64,000 bases of DNA from Candidatus Obscuribacteraceae bacterium (GTDB lineage Bacteria > Cyanobacteriota > Vampirovibrionia > Obscuribacterales > Obscuribacteraceae). The stretch spans positions 63,538-127,537 of the forward strand of contig JBGASG010000012.1 of NCBI GenBank assembly GCA_044229845.1, given 5' to 3'. Under the pieces are notes generated by a model that was not told the origin of the DNA, ran no database searches, and saw only the letters and a list, made by a program, of their open reading frames with translations. A program made the position numbers and the translations under genes. Of the stretch, positions 58,146 to 64,000 are shown piece after piece (the stretch's first letter is position 1; the number at the start of each line of letters is the position of its first letter).

Positions 58146-60398
58146 TCAACCAGGACTGGGTTCCGGGCCGGGCTCCGCAGGATGGGCAGACGGCGTTCCA
58201 GAGATGCCTCCCTCCGTTCCGGATCCCTCACTTGCGGCAGCATCAGCGGATTCCATCGCCGCGGTGCCGGCGGCAGTCAATGGCACTTTACGCCAGTAGT
58301 GGAAGGCCAGTCCGTAAAGAGCGAGCGCCACCAGGTTTAGTGCCGAGATACCGAGCACCATCGAGAAATATTCCAGAGCACCACCAACCAGCGTACCGAG
58401 CAGGTTCATGCCCAGCGCGTTGTGCGGTACGTCGACTTTGCTGAAGGTAATTGCGAAGATCCAGGAAGCGAAAAATATGGGCAACGCCAGCACCAGTCCG
58501 CCCAGGGTCAGACGTTCGAACATGCCCATGGCGTTGAACATCGAAAGCGGCATGAAGTAACTGCCGATCAGTGCAACGAAAAGCAGGATATACAGTGGTT
58601 TGGGATCCTGCACTTTAATGCGCATCTGCAGGATGTTGGCAATCAGAATCATGATCAAGATGGCAGCAATCACAGCCGAGTTAACCAGCCAGGTGGTACC
58701 GGCCAGCAGTCCCATTTGAGAAACGCTCTTCACTTCAACCAGCATGAACGCCGCGCCCAGGTAGAACATAGTCCGTCCGAGCGGCTCCACCGTGTACGAT
58801 CCGAAGCACTTGCGCACCAGGCGCCAGCCGATACACAGCGTGAATATCAGTCCTGCGGCGTAAGTAATGGTCATGCCGCGCTCACGTAAAAACAGATACG
58901 GCCAATCGTCGGTGGTGACGTTGATGCGGTCCCAATCGGCCAGTTCGGTCTTGTTGAGGGCTTTGTTCTCTTCTTTGTCGAAGAGTTTCATGCCGGTGCC
59001 GGCAATCACTTGTTTGATGTGTTCTTTATCGACCCCGGGTCCTACCAAAAACTGCAATGCGGTTTTGTTTTCCGACCAGATACCGATCGGTTCTTCGCCC
59101 ATGGCTTCGGTGATGGTCTTGAAGAGACGCGTCGTTTGCCAGGAAGTCGTAGCGTAGAACGTCACCGCCATGATGCCGTCGGGCTTCATCAGTTTCTTAG
59201 CTTCTCTAAAACTTTCGAGCGTGTAGATGTAGTTGTCCAGGCGAATCGACGACATCGACGAGAAAGCGCTGTGACTGTCGAGGTACGCAAAGTCCACCAG
59301 GTCATACTGCCGCTTCGTTTGCTTGAGGAACGCGCGTGCATCGTCAATATGAATGTGCACGGCCGGGTTGCTGTAAGGCTTTTCGGGGTGAATCTCGGTG
59401 CCCAGTTTGTGAATCACCGGGTCGATCTCCACAGCATCGATATCGGTGGCACCATGCCGCAGCCCCGCCGCCAGGTCGTTTCCTGCCCCGGCAGCCAGCA
59501 CCAGCACTGAGCGCGGTTTCTCGCCGATCAGCTTATAGAGCATGTCGTAGTAATCGAGCATTTGCTTGCGCTGGGCCGGACTGGCCTTCGCAAACGTTTC
59601 GGCGCGGTGATCGTAGGCGCCTTCGATGCCGTCGTGGTTTACATCAATGGTATTGCCGTAAAGAAACGCCGGATGATCGCCATCAGCCGGAATGACGTTT
59701 TTCGTCAGGCTGACGCGGTAATAGGGCGACCAGATGACGCCGGGTTGGCTGGTGAAAAATGCCAGTGCCGCGCACGCCGCGAGGATCCCCAGTTGCCACG
59801 GCTTGCGCCAGAACCAGGCACACATGACTGCAGCGCTGGTAACCCAGATCTCAGGCTTGAGCGAGAGAAACGACATGAGCGTGAACAGCGCGATACCGAT
59901 GAAACTGGCACCGACGTTGATACTGTATGCAACCAGCGGAGGAAACTCGTCGAACAGCTTGCCGAGCCGCTGCCCGATGCTCATAAAGGTGCCGACAATT
60001 ATGTAGAACACGGTGCACAAAACGATCAGCCCTGGTATGACCAGCATAGCTTTGTCCAGATAAGTTGCATTGCCTTCGAATCCGCGCTCGTTCGTGCCGA
60101 TCAAATAGTGTTCGACCGGGTTGATGCAAGTGACGTGCACCAGGTGCAGGGGATCGGCAAATGAAATCAGAAAGCAAAGAATGAAGAGCCCGACAGGAAA
60201 CATCCAGCCCAGGTCTTTCTTGGAATTGGAAAGTGCCAGACCCAATCCCAGACCGAACAAAGTTGCCATCAGAGGAATGTTTTTGAAATACGCAAAAATG
60301 CGAATCTCAGATGACAACCAACGTATTACGAGAAGTTCAACGAACAGCGAAATGACGCTGATCAGAAACAACTCCCAGATTTTGCGAGACTTGAACAT
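58146..60398 (-). CDS. Membrane-embedded spermidine-synthase-like SAM-dependent enzyme
   Basis: N- and C-terminal TM bundles around a class I SAM domain: WSPYY, VLVLAAGAGND, AVEID, DDAR, LDSH, YIYTLES, TDDWPYL. Confidence 0.85.
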   Translation of the reverse strand: MFKSRKIWELFLISVISLFVELLVIRWLSSEIRIFAYFKNIPLMATLFGLGLGLALSNSKKDLGWMFPVGLFILCFLISFADPLHLVHVTCINPVEHYLIGTNERGFEGNATYLDKAMLVIPGLIVLCTVFYIIVGTFMSIGQRLGKLFDEFPPLVAYSINVGASFIGIALFTLMSFLSLKPEIWVTSAAVMCAWFWRKPWQLGILAACAALAFFTSQPGVIWSPYYRVSLTKNVIPADGDHPAFLYGNTIDVNHDGIEGAYDHRAETFAKASPAQRKQMLDYYDMLYKLIGEKPRSVLVLAAGAGNDLAAGLRHGATDIDAVEIDPVIHKLGTEIHPEKPYSNPAVHIHIDDARAFLKQTKRQYDLVDFAYLDSHSAFSSMSSIRLDNYIYTLESFREAKKLMKPDGIMAVTFYATTSWQTTRLFKTITEAMGEEPIGIWSENKTALQFLVGPGVDKEHIKQVIAGTGMKLFDKEENKALNKTELADWDRINVTTDDWPYLFLRERGMTITYAAGLIFTLCIGWRLVRKCFGSYTVEPLGRTMFYLGAAFMLVEVKSVSQMGLLAGTTWLVNSAVIAAILIMILIANILQMRIKVQDPKPLYILLFVALIGSYFMPLSMFNAMGMFERLTLGGLVLALPIFFASWIFAITFSKVDVPHNALGMNLLGTLVGGALEYFSMVLGISALNLVALALYGLAFHYWRKVPLTAAGTAAMESADAAASEGSGTEGGISGTPSAHPAEPGPEPSPG

Positions 60399-60505
60399 AA
60401 CCTACAATTACCCAGCTGCACGCACCGTCATGCACCTGAATACGAGCTTCTGATATAGTGTTCTGCCGCACGCGCAGTGGCGCCATTCAAATTCAGGTGA
60501 GATTT

Positions 60506-61204
60506 ATGGAGAAACCTCAACGAGCCCTCGTCGTCGCCGCCCACCCAGACGATGCTGAATTCGGTTGCGGCGGCACCGTCGCAAAGTGGGCAAATGCCGG
60601 CAGCGATGTTTATCTGCTGCTCGCCACCAATGGCGACAAGGGAGACGATGCGGGCAAGTACCACCCGGAAGAACTGGCGAAACTGCGCGACAAAGAACAG
60701 CGAGCGGCGGCGCGCCTTCTGGGCTTCAAGGAAGTACAGTTTTTGCCCTATGCGGACGGTGCACTGGAAAGCGGCGCCGAATTACGCGGGCATGTCGTGC
60801 GCTGGATTCGCACCTGGAAGCCTGATGTGGTGCTGACGCACGACCCGACCGTCCTGCTGCACAACTATGGCGGCATCAATCACAACGATCACAGGCAGAT
60901 CGGAGAAGCCACCATCGATGCAGTGTATCCATTCTCGCGCGGTCCGCATCAGTATCCCGAGCACATGAAGGAAGGATTGCATCCGCATACGGTGCGGCGA
61001 TTGTTGCTCTGGTCCAGCAACTCACCCAACTACTACGAAGATGTGACCGACACAGCCGAACAGAAGCTGCAGGCACTGCTCACGCACACCAGCCAATTTC
61101 CCGATCCGGTCGGCATGCGCGAATTCACAACCGACATGATGGAACGTGCCGGCGCCGCACTATCCACGCGTTATGCGGAAGCGTTTCGTCGCGTCGACTG
61201 CTGA
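60506..61204 (+). CDS. PIG-L/LmbE family N-deacetylase
   Basis: AHPDDAE, TNGDKG, HNDH, HTSQF. Start set to ATG 60506. Confidence 0.92.
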   Translation: MEKPQRALVVAAHPDDAEFGCGGTVAKWANAGSDVYLLLATNGDKGDDAGKYHPEELAKLRDKEQRAAARLLGFKEVQFLPYADGALESGAELRGHVVRWIRTWKPDVVLTHDPTVLLHNYGGINHNDHRQIGEATIDAVYPFSRGPHQYPEHMKEGLHPHTVRRLLLWSSNSPNYYEDVTDTAEQKLQALLTHTSQFPDPVGMREFTTDMMERAGAALSTRYAEAFRRVDC

Positions 61205-61232
61205 TGTACGGCGCCAACCGCTCGCCCCTCAC

Positions 61233-62135
61233 TCAGCCGTCGGACCGCAGGCGTTTGTCATACCGTTTGCAATAGCCGCTCCCACCGGCGTAGAAGATCT
61301 GCGCCGTCGGGCTGAAGTAGCCACACAGGCTCGCCTTGTCACCCTGGTTGGGTAGTTGCGCCGCGTTGAACCACCAGAACTCCCAGAGTACATCCAGGGT
61401 GTGCGGGTAATCCGACGGCTTGCCATAAAGAGTCGAGTCGATGCGGAATTGCACGCGTGCCGGCTTGCGTTTCAGCGCGTCACCGCGATCTTCGATCTTG
61501 ATGATGGTGCCGCTGAGCGTGTTGCGCTCCTCGTGCTCCGGAGTGGCTTTCCGGCTCCAGAGAAACGGCAGGTGCTTCGTCGAAGAATTGAATCGTTCAA
61601 CTATCGTGTCCAGAGATCGGCTGTCGAAGTCGCTGCACAAAACGCCCGAACCATCGCGCAGATATACCTGAAACAACTGTCGGTCAGAACTCATAAACCC
61701 GCCCAGACCTCTCTGACCCGCTTCATCATAATGCGTATCTATGACATCTATCCAGCTCCATCTCTGTCGCTTCTCACCGCGCTCGCTGACGACGCCAGAA
61801 CCGTCGAACTCGATGACGTGATATGGACCTTTACTGGATGACCGACCCATTATGTAAACAACCGACAGGACTGCGCTCAGCCCCATGAGAATGTACACCG
61901 TCTCGCGATGGTGGTTGCGCTTATTGCGATCGAGAAAGTGATTGACCGGGTCAGCGGCAAAAAGCGAAAAGAAGAAACAGAACAACAGCGCCAGAATCAA
62001 GAGCCCGACGTTCTCAGACAGAATCCTGCTGAACGAGGGTTGATTGCTGAAACTTTCGCGTCCGCCACTCATGATGCCATTATACGCTTTCGAAACGTTT
62101 CCGACACCAAATGCGGTGCCAGAGCCATCTGCCAT
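61233..62135 (-). CDS. Hypothetical membrane protein (two TMs)
   Basis: aaggaag RBS before ATG 62135; two hydrophobic helices, then soluble domains. Confidence 0.7.
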   Translation of the reverse strand: MADGSGTAFGVGNVSKAYNGIMSGGRESFSNQPSFSRILSENVGLLILALLFCFFFSLFAADPVNHFLDRNKRNHHRETVYILMGLSAVLSVVYIMGRSSSKGPYHVIEFDGSGVVSERGEKRQRWSWIDVIDTHYDEAGQRGLGGFMSSDRQLFQVYLRDGSGVLCSDFDSRSLDTIVERFNSSTKHLPFLWSRKATPEHEERNTLSGTIIKIEDRGDALKRKPARVQFRIDSTLYGKPSDYPHTLDVLWEFWWFNAAQLPNQGDKASLCGYFSPTAQIFYAGGSGYCKRYDKRLRSDG

Positions 62136-62151
62136 GGCGGCTTCCTTGAGG

Positions 62152-63420
62152 TTACTTCTTAGCCGCCTGGGCTGCAGCCTCTTCTTCGGCAAGTTTCTTC
62201 ATGACGTCATAGAAGTTGCTGGCTTTCTTGATCTTCGCAACTTTCGCCGGATCATTCTTGAATGTCTCAAGCAGGATGACACCAATCTGCGGCGCTTGCT
62301 TGTTGGGATCGGCTTCGCGCAGCTTGTTCTGTTGGTCGATGGCAGCCTGGAACTCTTGAGCGGTAACCGCGCCGGTACCGACAAACGCGGCTCCCACTCG
62401 CGGATATGGGGCGTTGAGATTCTCGGGTTTCAGCGTGCCGGCGGCGATTTCCTGCGTCACGAACGCTTTCATTGCATTGCGTACGGCCGGAGCATCGGTG
62501 TCTTTGCCCAGTTCTGATTGGACGAGAGCCTTGCCGACAATGGCGTCGCTGGGGACATTCCTTTCAATCGCGGCAGCCAATGCCCTCTGCCGTTCCAGTT
62601 CAGCCTGGCGCTGTGTCTCGAGCTCGGCCGCTTGCCGCTGCTTCTCCAGCTCGGCCTGCCGTTGTGTCTCCAGCTCCGCTGCTTGCCGCTGTTTCTCCAG
62701 CTCGGCCTGCCTTGCTTGCTCAGCCTCTGCTTTTGCTTGTTTTTCAGCTGCGGCGCGCAGTTTGCCTTCTTCTTGGGCAGTCATTTCAGCGATTTCTTTA
62801 TCGGTGTACCGCACCGTCCTGTCGCTGGTCTTGTAATAGTTGCGGGGGTCATTTTGCTCTTTGAATTTGGCAAAGTCGCGGTCGCGAATACGAATCGAAT
62901 CCGCCACCCAGTCAGCACCTACTGATAGAACTGCCTTTTCTTCTTTAGTCAATTCTTTGCCGGCTTTCTGCTTAGCCAGCGCGTCGTTGCGCAGTCTCTC
63001 GATGGCGTTCCAGGGACCTTCGGTCTTATTGAAACCAAAGTGGAAGTTGTTGTCCTCGAGCTTCTTCTGATAGGCGGCTGCCTGCTCTTTAATCTTTGCC
63101 TCGACTTCCGGACTCAGTTTGATCGGTTGGTCTTCAGGCGAACCGGAATATCCATATGGATCCTTAATCCGTCTATCGCCGGTTTTGCCATCCTCGGGAG
63201 CGCCGGAGTAGGCATACGGGTCGCCGTCGGCTACCTGAGTCCCGGCCGTACGGACTACTTTGGGATCCGTCATGTCGACAAGCACTTTCTTGCCGTCGGC
63301 ATTGGTTAGCATGCCGGTCGGTGGGACTTCAACAGCTCGGTCACTGCCCATGGCAAAAACCTCGGAGGGGAACTGGGGGAATAGGTAGCTCTTAGCATAC
63401 TCAGATTCAGGCGGCTGCAT
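62152..63420 (-). CDS. Coiled-coil hypothetical protein with internal repeats and a C-terminal MshEN-like motif
   Basis: DPYxYSGxPED x2; (QAELEKQRQAAELETQR) x2.5; RVGAAFVGTGAVTAQEFQAAIDQQ..QIGVILL. Confidence 0.75.
   Translation of the reverse strand: MQPPESEYAKSYLFPQFPSEVFAMGSDRAVEVPPTGMLTNADGKKVLVDMTDPKVVRTAGTQVADGDPYAYSGAPEDGKTGDRRIKDPYGYSGSPEDQPIKLSPEVEAKIKEQAAAYQKKLEDNNFHFGFNKTEGPWNAIERLRNDALAKQKAGKELTKEEKAVLSVGADWVADSIRIRDRDFAKFKEQNDPRNYYKTSDRTVRYTDKEIAEMTAQEEGKLRAAAEKQAKAEAEQARQAELEKQRQAAELETQRQAELEKQRQAAELETQRQAELERQRALAAAIERNVPSDAIVGKALVQSELGKDTDAPAVRNAMKAFVTQEIAAGTLKPENLNAPYPRVGAAFVGTGAVTAQEFQAAIDQQNKLREADPNKQAPQIGVILLETFKNDPAKVAKIKKASNFYDVMKKLAEEEAAAQAAKK
62586..62712 (-). repeat. 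In-frame 51-bp coding repeat (about 2.5 copies)
   Basis: Encodes the QAELEKQRQAAELETQR repeats; copies differ at synonymous positions. Confidence 0.8.
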
Positions 63421-63691
63421 AGCCCCGCCTTCGTATTTTCCCCCGCCTCTGCTACGTAATTTGCACGCCTTTTTTCAGCCCAGGCGTTGCGTCCGAGCGC
63501 TCAGTCCGCCCGCGATTTCGCACCGCCAGTGGTGGCGCAGCCAGAAGTGCGCACCACGGCACACTCTCCTCTAGGCGTTCGCCACTTTCTGGCACGGCAT
63601 TTCGACGCCTACCCATACATCGCAGATGTGTCCTCCCTACAAAGCACCTGTCGCGCGTGCTCCTCACAGTACCTTCAGCAAACGCGAATCA

Positions 63692-63783
63692 GTTTTCGTC
63701 AACTTACTTGACGGATAACTTGTCAGAACGCCCTTGCTGAAGCGGTTTTGTCAACTTTATGGCGAGATAGCTTGTCAGAACGC
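63692..63783. repeat. Second locus of the 52-bp-period motif
   Basis: gttttcgtcaact-N9-gataacttgtcagaacgc (63692-63731) and ggttttgtcaact-N9-gatagcttgtcagaacgc (63744-63783); aligns to the reverse complement of 48343-48387. Confidence 0.8.
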
Positions 63784-64000
63784 TCCGCATCACATGTCGG
63801 CAACCCGGTTTTGTAATTGAAACCTTCCTTTATAATACTAAACCACATAGTAGTACTTTGTAACCGGAATAATTCACGAAGCCTGATATTGAAGTAATTT
63901 TCGGGCATGCCAAAAAGCCCTGTCAGTTGGCTCAGAATCTGTGTTTACGAGACAACAGAACTTGAGAAACGACGAGGCCTTTTGGATGGAACAGTTTAAA

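Overview
Bacterial 64 kb window with no rRNA, tRNA or CRISPR array that I can see. Gene content resembles non-photosynthetic Cyanobacteriota (Vampirovibrionia/Obscuribacterales-like); this is an impression, not a search result. Housekeeping and metabolic genes (dapD 3' end, dapE, eutA/eutC/eutB, cdd, pepF, ada, amidohydrolase, ADP-ribosylglycohydrolase, D-amino-acid oxidase, aldo-keto reductase, PIG-L deacetylase) are interspersed with a repeated accessory module. That module comprises five paralogous ~640-710 aa proteins with a prepilin-like/TadG-like N-terminus and a hypervariable low-complexity insert, four paralogous DUF4388/PATAN-like + TM + TPR proteins, two copies of a small-TPR / HTTM / DUF5819-like (SdpAB-like) triad, a TadE-like pilin, a His-motif polytopic membrane protein and a membrane spermidine-synthase-like SAM enzyme. 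It is the best candidate for an undescribed system: variable, possibly modified pilus/surface proteins with membrane TPR partners. Non-coding structure found by eye: a ~3.7 kb FimB/FimE-like recombinase element bounded by directly repeated 11-6-11 dif-like sites; an 88-bp-period direct repeat enclosing three stacked hairpins; a TGTCAA-N17-TTGACA-type motif doubled at 52-bp spacing at two loci 15 kb apart; and nested palindromes in a divergent intergenic region. Start codons were adjusted by eye where noted, and family names come from motif recognition, not database searches.
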